DNA of 64,000 nt, taken from NCBI GenBank assembly GCA_048885925.1, contig JBHLLG010000007.1, positions 22,806 through 86,805 of the forward strand, read 5' to 3'. Origin of the DNA: Candidatus Hermodarchaeota archaeon. Lineage in GTDB: Archaea; Asgardarchaeota; Lokiarchaeia; Sigyniarchaeales; SOKP01. The notes beneath the pieces are model-generated. The model searched no databases, was not told where the DNA came from, and worked only from the letters and a program-made list of their open reading frames with translations. Below, piece by piece: positions 11,052 to 19,446 of the stretch. Both the position numbers and the translations under genes were made by a program. Position 1 is the stretch's first letter; the number at the start of each line of letters is the position of its first letter.

Positions 11052-11129
11052 TATAGGCTTTAACCCCACGCAAGGGGCAGTTATATCCAATTTAATTCAT
11101 TTTTATTGGATATTCATCCTAAGCCTACA
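11052..11129 (-). promoter_or_regulatory. Candidate SECIS-like RNA structure at the 3' end of vhuU
   Basis: Minus strand: outer helix UGUAGGCUU/AAGCCUAUA; AUGA followed by the 9-bp helix AUAUCCAAU/AUUGGAUAU with apical AAAA; second hairpin GCCCC-UUGCGU-GGGGU. Confidence 0.6.
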
Positions 11130-11263
11130 TTCAATTTTCGAGAGTAAATCTCGGTGCCCTCTTCATCAACAACTGTGATGTGAGCAGCACACGATAGTCA
11201 ACAGTCAAAACAGCGAACTATCATTTCTAAGAGATTTACTACACCTTCTGGTATATCACTCAT
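11114..11263 (-). CDS. vhuU: Selenocysteine-containing [NiFeSe] hydrogenase small peptide VhuU (absent from the ORF track)
   Basis: Manual translation MSDIPEGVVNLLEMIVRCFDC-U-LSCAAHITVVDEEGTEIYSRKLNVGLG. In-frame TGA at 11200-11198 is at the Ni-ligand position. It supplies the C-terminal metal motif that VhuA lacks. Confidence 0.92.
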
Positions 11264-11305
11264 TTTTTTTGTTCACTTTTTTCTATTATTTTCAATATAT
11301 TTAAT

Positions 11306-12610
11306 TTACTTAATCCATGGGTCTGGTAATTTTAAACCATCAAGCGCCTTGTCTTCAAATACTTGTTTAGCAACATGCATTAAGGTTTTTTCAATTCCAG
11401 CAATATTATGGTTGGTTGCTACTAAGAGGTTTGCTTTCTTACAGATACCATCGCTATCTGAAAAGATATGGTATAACAATAATCCTCGTGGTGCTTCCAC
11501 TAGACCAACACCATCTGCTTCTCTTGGTTGAACATCTAATGTTTTGCAATCTGGGTTTACGATGTCTGGATCTTGAAGTAAGGTTGCAATCATTTCTATA
11601 GATTCAACTAATTCAATTAATCTTGCCCAGTGATATGCAAAAGTATGGTGTGAAACAGCACCTACTTTACTTCGCATTGCTTGCAATGCCTCATCGGCTA
11701 AGGGTGTTGCCATTTTATCAGCAGCATTAATCATTGCTAGTGTATTTGCCCTATATATACCTTCAGGATACCCCGCTGGTTTGTAATACATGTGAGTTGC
11801 ATAAGAATGTTCTGGAATATGCTCTCCTAACGCGTCTAAATAATTTTGCGGAATATAATCAGTTTTTTCACCATTGGGGGATACAATTCTAATATCTCCT
11901 TCATAAATATCGTGGACACCATTCTTAGTCATACCTGCATAGTAAGTGGGTACTACTCCTACATTAGCTACAACATCCCAATAATCTTCTACAACCTTTA
12001 AACCAATATCTACTGTCTTTTTAGTCCATTCTACTTGGTCATTTATTTGTTTCAAGAAGAGATCACGTGCTTCTTCATCCATAGCTTTTTTCATACCACC
12101 AACTATTGCTGAAATTGGATGAACCGATTTACCACCAATCGTTGCACATAACTTTTGACCAAAATCCATCATTTTTAAGGCCATTGCACCTACATCAGGC
12201 ATTTGATTTATTACATGGACAACATTCCTCAATCCTGGATCTGCCATAGGTCCGAGTAAGAAATCTGGAGCTGCTAAAGCATAAAAATGTAAGGCATGTG
12301 ATGAATATTGTTTTGCATTGATTAGCAATTTTCGTAATTTTAAAGCTGGAGTAGGAATTTCAACACGCCATGCATCTTCTACTGCTTTTGTGGGTGCCAA
12401 ATGATGAGGTATTGGGCAAATTCCACATATACGCGGAGTGATTCTTGGGATATGTTCGCAATATCTACCTTCTAGAAATTTTTCAAAAAATCTTGTCGAA
12501 GTAATATTGAATTGAACATTTTGTACTTTCCCATCGTCACCTAAAACCAGCCTTAACCCACCATGCCCCTCTAATCGAGTTACAGGTTCTACTTCTACTT
12601 CTTTTACCAT
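11306..12610 (-). CDS. vhuA: [NiFe(Se)] hydrogenase large subunit, Mvh/Vhu (group 3c) type, lacking the C-terminal CxxC
   Basis: TRLEGH, RICGICPIPH, EAPRGLLLYH, VATNHN; ends without DPCxxC. Confidence 0.92.
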   Translation of the reverse strand: MVKEVEVEPVTRLEGHGGLRLVLGDDGKVQNVQFNITSTRFFEKFLEGRYCEHIPRITPRICGICPIPHHLAPTKAVEDAWRVEIPTPALKLRKLLINAKQYSSHALHFYALAAPDFLLGPMADPGLRNVVHVINQMPDVGAMALKMMDFGQKLCATIGGKSVHPISAIVGGMKKAMDEEARDLFLKQINDQVEWTKKTVDIGLKVVEDYWDVVANVGVVPTYYAGMTKNGVHDIYEGDIRIVSPNGEKTDYIPQNYLDALGEHIPEHSYATHMYYKPAGYPEGIYRANTLAMINAADKMATPLADEALQAMRSKVGAVSHHTFAYHWARLIELVESIEMIATLLQDPDIVNPDCKTLDVQPREADGVGLVEAPRGLLLYHIFSDSDGICKKANLLVATNHNIAGIEKTLMHVAKQVFEDKALDGLKLPDPWIK

Positions 12611-12614
12611 TTTA

Positions 12615-13925
12615 TTATACGCCTCCTTTTCTTGATGCTAAAGTAAATTTTTCAAAAGTGCCAATGTGATCTTTCACCTGCGATAGAATTTCTTCTTTGC
12701 TTAAGCTCACTTTAAAACCCTTAACTACTGTATTAGCAAATCGTTCTGCTTGATTAACACCCCACACTGTTTGACCATAACATCCAGTACAAGGGGCGTT
12801 AACTTTTACACATAAAGCACCGCAGCCAGCTCTAGTAACAGGTCCCATACAGATATAACCCTGTTCAATAAGACAATCCTCCATATTTGGAAGATCTTCA
12901 TAATCTCTCTTTACTCTGGTCATTGTTGATTTACTTCCAATAATTCTTGGACATGTATCGCAAACGTTTGATATTTCTGTAAAATCCGGATTTTTGCCTA
13001 AAAAGTTTAACAACGTAGATCCAATTTCTTCCGTAGATGGGGGTAAATTAGCTAAAGGTGTCTCAGGAGATCCACGTTTTTTGATTTGTTTTAATATATC
13101 TCCTGCTAGATCAAAACCTGCCATAAGTGGTAACCCCAAAAACAAAGTTGAAAATTCCAAAATCGACTTTTTATTACCTGAACTGATTGGAGTGAGATTT
13201 TTCACCATACTACTTAATTTATCAGCTCTTGAGTCTACTGTTTTCGCTGGTCCATAACAGCCAACACATGGTTTATTATCACTTGTACACTTTAAATTAC
13301 AACCTATACTTGTGATAGGACCAAAACATAAAGTACCTCTCATGAGTAAGCAATCATCTTTAATACTACAGTCATTGCAGAATGCGAGGTCATTCATTGG
13401 AAATGGTTTTTGACCTAATAAAAAGGCAACAGCACTAACAATCTGTTCTGGTTTTGGAGGACAACCTGCCATATAGACGTCTACGTTAATTACTTCATCA
13501 ACATTTATAATTTTATCCTGGAATTCGGGAACATGTTGAGTTGGAACTGTAGGTGTCTCATTTGTAGCAGATTCAACTTCGATAAATTTTCTTCTTTTCA
13601 ATGTTTCGATATCCCATTGGTTCGCTAATCCTGCTACATTTCCATAGGTAGCACAACTACCGAATGCAATTATCAATGCACATTTTTCTCTCATCAATTT
13701 AACATTTTCCAAATCTTGTTTAGTCCTTATTGCTCCTTCGATAAATCCTACTAAGACTGATCCAGAGGCTCTAGCTTTCAATGAATCTTCTTTAAAATCA
13801 ACTACAGCTGGCCAATATACAAATTCAAGTGCTGGTAGAACAGGCAACAATCCCAAATGTGCGTTCAAGAGGGATTGGTGACAGCCCCAACAGTCACTTA
13901 GTTGCATAAAAGCTACTTTCACCAT
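12615..13925 (-). CDS. vhuG: Hydrogenase small subunit (VhuG/MvhG) with duplicated C-terminal Fe-S module
   Basis: CWGC, GSCATYG, GCPP, then two copies of CxxC...CL...C.GP.T..GC...C....PC.GCYG. Confidence 0.88.
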   Translation of the reverse strand: MVKVAFMQLSDCWGCHQSLLNAHLGLLPVLPALEFVYWPAVVDFKEDSLKARASGSVLVGFIEGAIRTKQDLENVKLMREKCALIIAFGSCATYGNVAGLANQWDIETLKRRKFIEVESATNETPTVPTQHVPEFQDKIINVDEVINVDVYMAGCPPKPEQIVSAVAFLLGQKPFPMNDLAFCNDCSIKDDCLLMRGTLCFGPITSIGCNLKCTSDNKPCVGCYGPAKTVDSRADKLSSMVKNLTPISSGNKKSILEFSTLFLGLPLMAGFDLAGDILKQIKKRGSPETPLANLPPSTEEIGSTLLNFLGKNPDFTEISNVCDTCPRIIGSKSTMTRVKRDYEDLPNMEDCLIEQGYICMGPVTRAGCGALCVKVNAPCTGCYGQTVWGVNQAERFANTVVKGFKVSLSKEEILSQVKDHIGTFEKFTLASRKGGV

Positions 13926-14307
13926 TTTTACATCAAATTTTTTTTTTATTTTTATAAATAATTAAACGCTTTTTTAAAAAAGAATTGATGTTTAAAATTA
14001 TGCTTTATGTTATTAAAAAATTTCTGCTTTCTAAATATGGAGGATATATTTTAGTTTCAAAATTAAACATAAATGGAGTAAAAACAAAAAAAAAGTTCAA
14101 TTTCAAATTAATTTCTTAATATAACGAGAGATTTTCAAAAATTTTATCAAGCCTTAATTAATATAATTTTAAACTCCTTTAATAGCCAATCTATAAGCTT
14201 TGGCAGAAGTTTTATTAAATAAGTAATTACAATCAATGGAATAGAGATTTATTTTGCCAAATTTTTAAATTAAGTTTGTTTAATGATATAAACTTAATTA
14301 CAAAAGA

Positions 14308-14880
14308 TTAAAAAGAACCACATCCATCACATTTTCCATCGAGAAAAGCGGCACAATCGCTACATATATTTTCACATTTTTCTTCTTGACTTTCTTGGCT
14401 GAAAAGATTAATTGGTATATACTTAGGGGTGATAAGTTCAGACACGAATATAGTGGCAGAGTGAAGTATTCCTTTTTTATTCGTAGGTCCACAGTAATTA
14501 ATATATCTGTGAAGCACATCAATATTTTGGCCTATGACTCCTAATATTAAGTTATATTGACCTGTTACCTGAGCCAGTAAAAACACACGAGGGCAATTTT
14601 GATAGGCTTTAATTATATTTTGCACTTCATCATAATTACTCATTTCGATTAGTAAAAATAGAGATCTATATTGAAGTGTATTGATATTTGTATTCGCTTG
14701 AACCTTTAGAACTCCTGAATCCTCTAACTTCGAAATTCTCTTTGCAATACCTGTATGACTCATAGTTTCATCACCAGATTTATATATTACTTTTTCTAAG
14801 TTTGTCAAACTTTGACGCCCTTCTTTGAACAATTCTAATAAAATCTGTTTATCAATATTATCTAATTGCATAGTTTTCAT
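14308..14880 (-). CDS. Lrp/AsnC family regulator with C-terminal Cys cluster
   Basis: LDNIDKQIL...KRISKLEDSGV HTH, RAM domain (VTGQYNL), C-x3-C-x2-C-x7-C-x2-C tail. Confidence 0.85.
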   Translation of the reverse strand: MKTMQLDNIDKQILLELFKEGRQSLTNLEKVIYKSGDETMSHTGIAKRISKLEDSGVLKVQANTNINTLQYRSLFLLIEMSNYDEVQNIIKAYQNCPRVFLLAQVTGQYNLILGVIGQNIDVLHRYINYCGPTNKKGILHSATIFVSELITPKYIPINLFSQESQEEKCENICSDCAAFLDGKCDGCGSF

Positions 14881-15739
14881 ATTAAAACTAAATATAATTA
14901 ATTAGATCTTAATTACCAATTTTTAAAATTTGTCGTTTATAAAAAGTTAGCTTGATAATATTTCAAAATTTTATGTACGCTTTACATCTTTCTATTAAGA
15001 TATTTTATATTAATATTTACAACTTTAATTAAATTAAACAATAAATAATTAGTTTTCATGTATATAATGCCTTATCATCATTATTGTTTTTCTAATTAAT
15101 TAAGTAAATAATAGTTTACTTATTATATTTAATAAATATTAGGGGTTTTCAAACTGAAACTTTGAATAAAAAATCGTTGAAAAATGAAACTAAAAGGTAA
15201 TGGAATAGTATAATTATTTGAATTCACAAAATATAATGAATCCTTTTTTATATTAACGTTTCTAATAATATAATTATGACTTTGGATCAAATTGACAAAC
15301 AGATTCTTAAAACTTTATTTGAAAATGGTCGCGAAAGTTTAAGTTCTTTAAGTAAAATTGTATTAAAGTCGAATCAAGAAACAATGAGCCATGCAGGTAT
15401 TGCAAAGAGAATTTCGAAGTTAGAGGATTCAGGAGTTCTAAAGGTTCAAGGAAATATAAGTGCTAAGAGCTTAAATTATTACATTGCGTTTATTTTAATT
15501 GAAATGAGAAATTATAATGAAGTACAAAAAATTATTGATGCTTATGCAGAATGTCCCAGAGTATTTTTACTTGCTCACGTAGCTGGTCAATATAACTTGA
15601 TCTTTGGAGTAATAGGCCAAGATATTGATGTCTTACGCAGATATATTAATTACTGCGGACCTATGAATAAAAAAGGAATACTTCACTCTGCCACTATATT
15701 CGTGTCTGAACTTATCACCCCTAAGTATATACCAATTAA
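14408..15739. repeat. Two perfect inverted-repeat tracts shared by the Lrp paralogs
   Basis: 14697-14753 is the reverse complement of 15394-15450 (57 nt). 14408-14482 is the reverse complement of 15665-15739 (75 nt). Confidence 0.9.
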
Positions 15740-15839
15740 GCTTTTTAGTGGTGAAAGCAAAGAGCATAAATGTGAAAATATATGTAAAGCATGTGCTGCC
15801 TTTCTTGATGGAAAATGTAATGGATGTGGTAACTTCTAA
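15276..15839 (+). CDS. Lrp/AsnC family regulator with C-terminal Cys cluster (divergently oriented paralog)
   Basis: Same architecture as 14308-14880. Confidence 0.85.
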   Translation: MTLDQIDKQILKTLFENGRESLSSLSKIVLKSNQETMSHAGIAKRISKLEDSGVLKVQGNISAKSLNYYIAFILIEMRNYNEVQKIIDAYAECPRVFLLAHVAGQYNLIFGVIGQDIDVLRRYINYCGPMNKKGILHSATIFVSELITPKYIPIKLFSGESKEHKCENICKACAAFLDGKCNGCGNF

Positions 15840-16056
15840 TATAGACCACAACATTGATCTTATATAAATTATATTATAATAAACGGTGTTCTGAAACTTT
15901 ATTCAAAATAATGTCATATCTTGAAACTGAAAATTGAATTACTATTTAAAATCCTCACATTTCATAAAAATTAAAACGATATGCTTAATTTAATAAAAAT
16001 AAAGATTTAGATTTTCGAATTTTAAATCTATTAGATGATAATAAAAAATTGTTTTA

Positions 16057-16302
16057 ATGATGTATTTAATAAGAGACTATTTGACAGAACAAAAATTAAT
16101 CTCATTACCTCCCTCGAGTAAATTTATTTTATATCTACTGAAAAGAAATGGACCGTTAACTCAAGAAGAAATTATGAAAAGATCGCTTCTACCTAGTAGG
16201 ACAGTCGTTTATTCTTTAAAAAAATTATATGATCTAAATTTTATTAGAAAAAATGTTGATAAAAGAGATAAACGAATAAGATTTTATGAAATACTTATTT
16301 AA
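16057..16302 (+). CDS. Small MarR-like winged-helix protein
   Basis: LPPSSKFILYLL...GPLTQEEI...RTVVYSLKKL...DKRIRFY. Confidence 0.75.
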   Translation: MMYLIRDYLTEQKLISLPPSSKFILYLLKRNGPLTQEEIMKRSLLPSRTVVYSLKKLYDLNFIRKNVDKRDKRIRFYEILI

Positions 16303-16451
16303 CTTGTAATTTATCAGTGGAATCATGATCTCTTTATGCTTACATAACCTCTAATTCACAAAAAAATAGTTTAAAGCTCTAAAGTAAATAATTTTGCAAA
16401 TCATATATCTTTTTATTCCATTAATTTCGATGAAATAATTTTACGATTTTA

Positions 16452-16545
16452 GTTTCAAATTGTGACAATAATTGAAAAATTATGGGAAATTGAAACAATT
16501 CATGATTACATTGTTTAAATTAACCAGATAAGGTAATACTTAAAA
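16452..16545 (+). promoter_or_regulatory. Conserved upstream block: two 15-bp boxes 30 bp apart plus a TATA-like element
   Basis: GTTTCAAATTGTGAC-N15-ATGGGAAATTGAAAC-N13-ATTGTTTAAATTAACCAGATAAGGTAAT; matched with identical spacing at 25234-25141 on the minus strand. Confidence 0.65.
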
Positions 16546-16621
16546 AAGAAGTCACCTTTTTTTAAAATTGAAACATTAATTTAAATAAAAATTAATAATC
16601 TAAAAATAAAAGGTTTATATT

Positions 16622-17299
16622 TTGAGAAAAACTAAAATTCTTTCACTATTGATTTTTTCAGCCTTACTTATAGGAATTATAGGTGTAGCTGTAGGTTATC
16701 AAGAATACATATATAGATGGGTTAATAACGGAGCAGGTGGAACTCATGGTGCATGCCATGATTCGACTAAGACTAAATCAAGTGTAAATGGAACTTTAGT
16801 ATTGTCTATTAATGTAACAGGAGATTTATCCCCTTTACAACATTTTACCTTAGAGGTTGATGTTCTCAACTTTACAGAGGCTAATTTAGATCCTTATGCA
16901 GGTAGATTTACTTTAGGTGTACCCGGATATCGAGGTGATAACGCATTATTTACATCATCAGTAGCTCATCAAACATTGAATAGAGGAGAACAAGTAGATA
17001 GTTATGGATCCTATGATCCTTCTGATAATGATAATAAATTTGATCTAATTGCCCCTAATAAAGCTGGAACATATGATCTTTATGCAGTAGCAATAGCAGG
17101 GATGAATCAAACGGACGCATCTTTCTACAATCTTACTTACGTTGAAGATTCAATTGAAATTACTGTTACAGGCTCTACTGGTACAGGTGCAGAAACTATT
17201 TCGGGAGGAATTTTAACAATCGTTATTGGCAGCAGTGTTGCAGTAACATCTGTTTTAATATTAACAGTGAGAAAGCGAATGAAGAAAAAAGAATTGTAA
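16622..17299 (+). CDS. Exported, C-terminally anchored protein with HxxCH motif (HGACH) and beta-sandwich domain
   Basis: TTG start, signal-like N-terminus, HGACH at 16745-16759, C-terminal TM helix and basic tail. Confidence 0.75.
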   Translation: MRKTKILSLLIFSALLIGIIGVAVGYQEYIYRWVNNGAGGTHGACHDSTKTKSSVNGTLVLSINVTGDLSPLQHFTLEVDVLNFTEANLDPYAGRFTLGVPGYRGDNALFTSSVAHQTLNRGEQVDSYGSYDPSDNDNKFDLIAPNKAGTYDLYAVAIAGMNQTDASFYNLTYVEDSIEITVTGSTGTGAETISGGILTIVIGSSVAVTSVLILTVRKRMKKKEL

Positions 17300-17459
17300 A
17301 TTCAAAATACTAAATAAATATTATTTTTTTTTTATAATCTTAAATTTTAAAAGTTAAAAAAAATGTCTTAAATGTGAAAAATAGCAATACTCCTTACAAA
17401 CAAAAAGATTTGTCATTGTATTAAAATGTATCAGAATTATAATTATATAAAGCATTATC

Positions 17460-18191
17460 ATGAATATCCCAAAATTGTTACAGACTAATTTCCTTTTAAT
17501 TATTTCATTAACAATTTTGATGATTAATTTTTTTCTTATTTTAATCTTGACTTCCTTTAATCTCATTGTATGGGGAAGTCCTAATCGAATAGTATATATC
17601 ATTTTTTTTTATCATGTTTCTGGGGCTTGGCTTGCATATTTATCATATGGTCTAAGTTTACTATTTCATATTCTCTATTTGAAGAAACGAGAAATAAACT
17701 GGAATCGGTTGGGCACCAATAGCATAATAGTTGGAGTGTTTTTTACAGCATTTACATTAATTACTGGATCTTTATGGTACAATGCTACTTCTGGAGATTA
17801 TAACAATATTTACTGGCAATGGAGTGATGGTAGACAAACTATGACTTTAATATTGCTTCTTTGTTATTTAGCATATTTAATTTTTAGGAGTATGATTGAA
17901 GATAAAGAAAAAAGAGCAAAATTATCTTCAATTTTAGGTATTACTTTATTTCCTACAATACCCTTAAGTTATTTCTCGGCAATCATATTTACAAGCTTGC
18001 ATCCCCTAATTAATCCAACTCCTGGAGAGCCAGGTAATATTTATTGGGACCCCGTGAAATTATTCATGTTAATTTTTAATTTGATTGGAATAACCATCTT
18101 ATTTTTTTATGTTATTCAAAGATTAGGAGAATTAGATAAAGCAAAAGAAAAACTAGATAAAACTATACAAAAAAGGTTGATAGAGGAGTAA
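17460..18191 (+). CDS. ccmC: Cytochrome c biogenesis protein CcmC
   Basis: FFYHV, Trp-rich WQWSDGRQT (WWD-like), LHP; about 6 TM. Confidence 0.88.
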   Translation: MNIPKLLQTNFLLIISLTILMINFFLILILTSFNLIVWGSPNRIVYIIFFYHVSGAWLAYLSYGLSLLFHILYLKKREINWNRLGTNSIIVGVFFTAFTLITGSLWYNATSGDYNNIYWQWSDGRQTMTLILLLCYLAYLIFRSMIEDKEKRAKLSSILGITLFPTIPLSYFSAIIFTSLHPLINPTPGEPGNIYWDPVKLFMLIFNLIGITILFFYVIQRLGELDKAKEKLDKTIQKRLIEE

Positions 18192-18196
18192 TTTAA

Positions 18197-18349
18197 ATGG
18201 CACTACAATATTTTGATCAAGATTTAATAACAATAACAATTAGTTATATTTTATTTTGGGTAGTTATTATAATTCTAATCTTATATCCTAAACTTAGAAT
18301 AAGAAAAACTTTGAAAAGAATAAAAAAGTTGGAGAAAAATTTGAAGTAA
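18197..18349 (+). CDS. CcmD-like small membrane protein (absent from the ORF track)
   Basis: Manual translation MALQYFDQDLITITISYILFWVVIIILILYPKLRIRKTLKRIKKLEKNLK: one TM helix plus basic tail, located between ccmC and ccmE. Confidence 0.7.
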   Translation: MALQYFDQDLITITISYILFWVVIIILILYPKLRIRKTLKRIKKLEKNLK

Positions 18350-18353
18350 GTAG

Positions 18354-18701
18354 ATGATGAATATGAAAAAAACAAAAATTATTGCAATCACAGGAATTAT
18401 TATATCAATTATTGTTATAATTACGTTGCTTACATCAACTGCACGTCCTTATCTCACAGTCTCTCAAGTTGCCTTGAACCCTTCCAAATATGACAATAAA
18501 GAGATTCAAGTTATAGGTGTTGTACAAGGATTTGCTGGAAGTAATTTTAATTTAACTGAAAATGGATATAGTATTTATATAGATATAAATAGTTTAACTC
18601 CTTCAACTGATATGGAAAATGGAATTCAAGTTGTTGTAAAAGGAACATTTAGTTCATCTCTGGTTTTAATCGCAAACCAGATTCTTACACAGTGTAGTTA
18701 G
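18354..18701 (+). CDS. ccmE: Heme chaperone CcmE, Cys-type, ending at ...LTQCS
   Basis: N-terminal TM, YLTVSQV, OB-fold (VVVKGTF...ANQILTQC), ccm context. Confidence 0.8.
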   Translation: MMNMKKTKIIAITGIIISIIVIITLLTSTARPYLTVSQVALNPSKYDNKEIQVIGVVQGFAGSNFNLTENGYSIYIDINSLTPSTDMENGIQVVVKGTFSSSLVLIANQILTQCS

Positions 18702-18708
18702 ATCTTAT

Positions 18709-19434
18709 TTAATCATACAAAAGAGCACCTGAAGTTAATGCTATAATTGAGCTCATTAGAATTATATGTGCACCAAAAAATAGTACTTCGTAATATAGAT
18801 TTGATATTAATTCTCCTTCTAAAATTTTTATATTTATCGATATTATGGGAGTAATAATTGGTAGAATTAAAGGAAAAAATAAAATTGGTAAAATAAAGGA
18901 TTTATTTTTAACATACATCGAAAAGGCAGAAACAAAGCTCCCACATATAGATAAATCAAATGTGGGTAATAATATTCCAAGACTTATATAAATTAATAAC
19001 TGATTCGTATTAAAATTGCTAATCGATGGTGCTGATATAAAAAAACTGAAAAGAAATAAAATAATCTCAACGAAACTCAATAAGATAAAGCAAAAAAAGG
19101 TTTTACTAATAAGAATTAAGTTTGCTGATACGGGGGAAGAAATAAGTCCTCCTAATGTTCCAGAATCTTTCTCCTTTACAAAGAGTTTAGTCATAATATA
19201 AACAAGTGTAAAAAAAATTATAAGCCAGTTTTCAATAACAAAAATTTCCATAGGCATATTCTGATATTGAGTTCCGAAATTATAAACTGATGAAAATATG
19301 AAGATTGAAATTATATCAAAAAGAAAAATTGAAAATAAATCATTAATTTGTCGAAGTTCTGATTTAAGATCTTTAAATAATATTACTTTCAGCAACTTTA
19401 ACTTTGATTTGAATTTTATTTTCTCATTTTTCAA
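18709..19434 (-). CDS. ccmB: Heme exporter permease CcmB
   Basis: KDLKSELR, KEKDSGTLGGL, LPILFFPL; follows ccmA. Confidence 0.85.
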   Translation of the reverse strand: MKNEKIKFKSKLKLLKVILFKDLKSELRQINDLFSIFLFDIISIFIFSSVYNFGTQYQNMPMEIFVIENWLIIFFTLVYIMTKLFVKEKDSGTLGGLISSPVSANLILISKTFFCFILLSFVEIILFLFSFFISAPSISNFNTNQLLIYISLGILLPTFDLSICGSFVSAFSMYVKNKSFILPILFFPLILPIITPIISINIKILEGELISNLYYEVLFFGAHIILMSSIIALTSGALLYD

Positions 19435-19446
19435 TAAATATTCCCC

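Noticed and set aside
11078-11116. Second UGA of vhuU read as Sec, extending the peptide
   Set aside because: The extension has no recognisable motif, and this UGA lies inside the putative SECIS core, so it is treated as the stop.
11052-11129. vhuU 3' structure as another BHB intron or a hammerhead ribozyme
   Set aside because: No 4-bp helix flanked by two 3-nt bulges, and no CUGANGA/GAAA core.
18699-18701. Pyrrolysine read-through of the ccmE TAG
   Set aside because: Read-through would run antisense into ccmB and does not restore a CxxxY motif; no pyl genes are seen.
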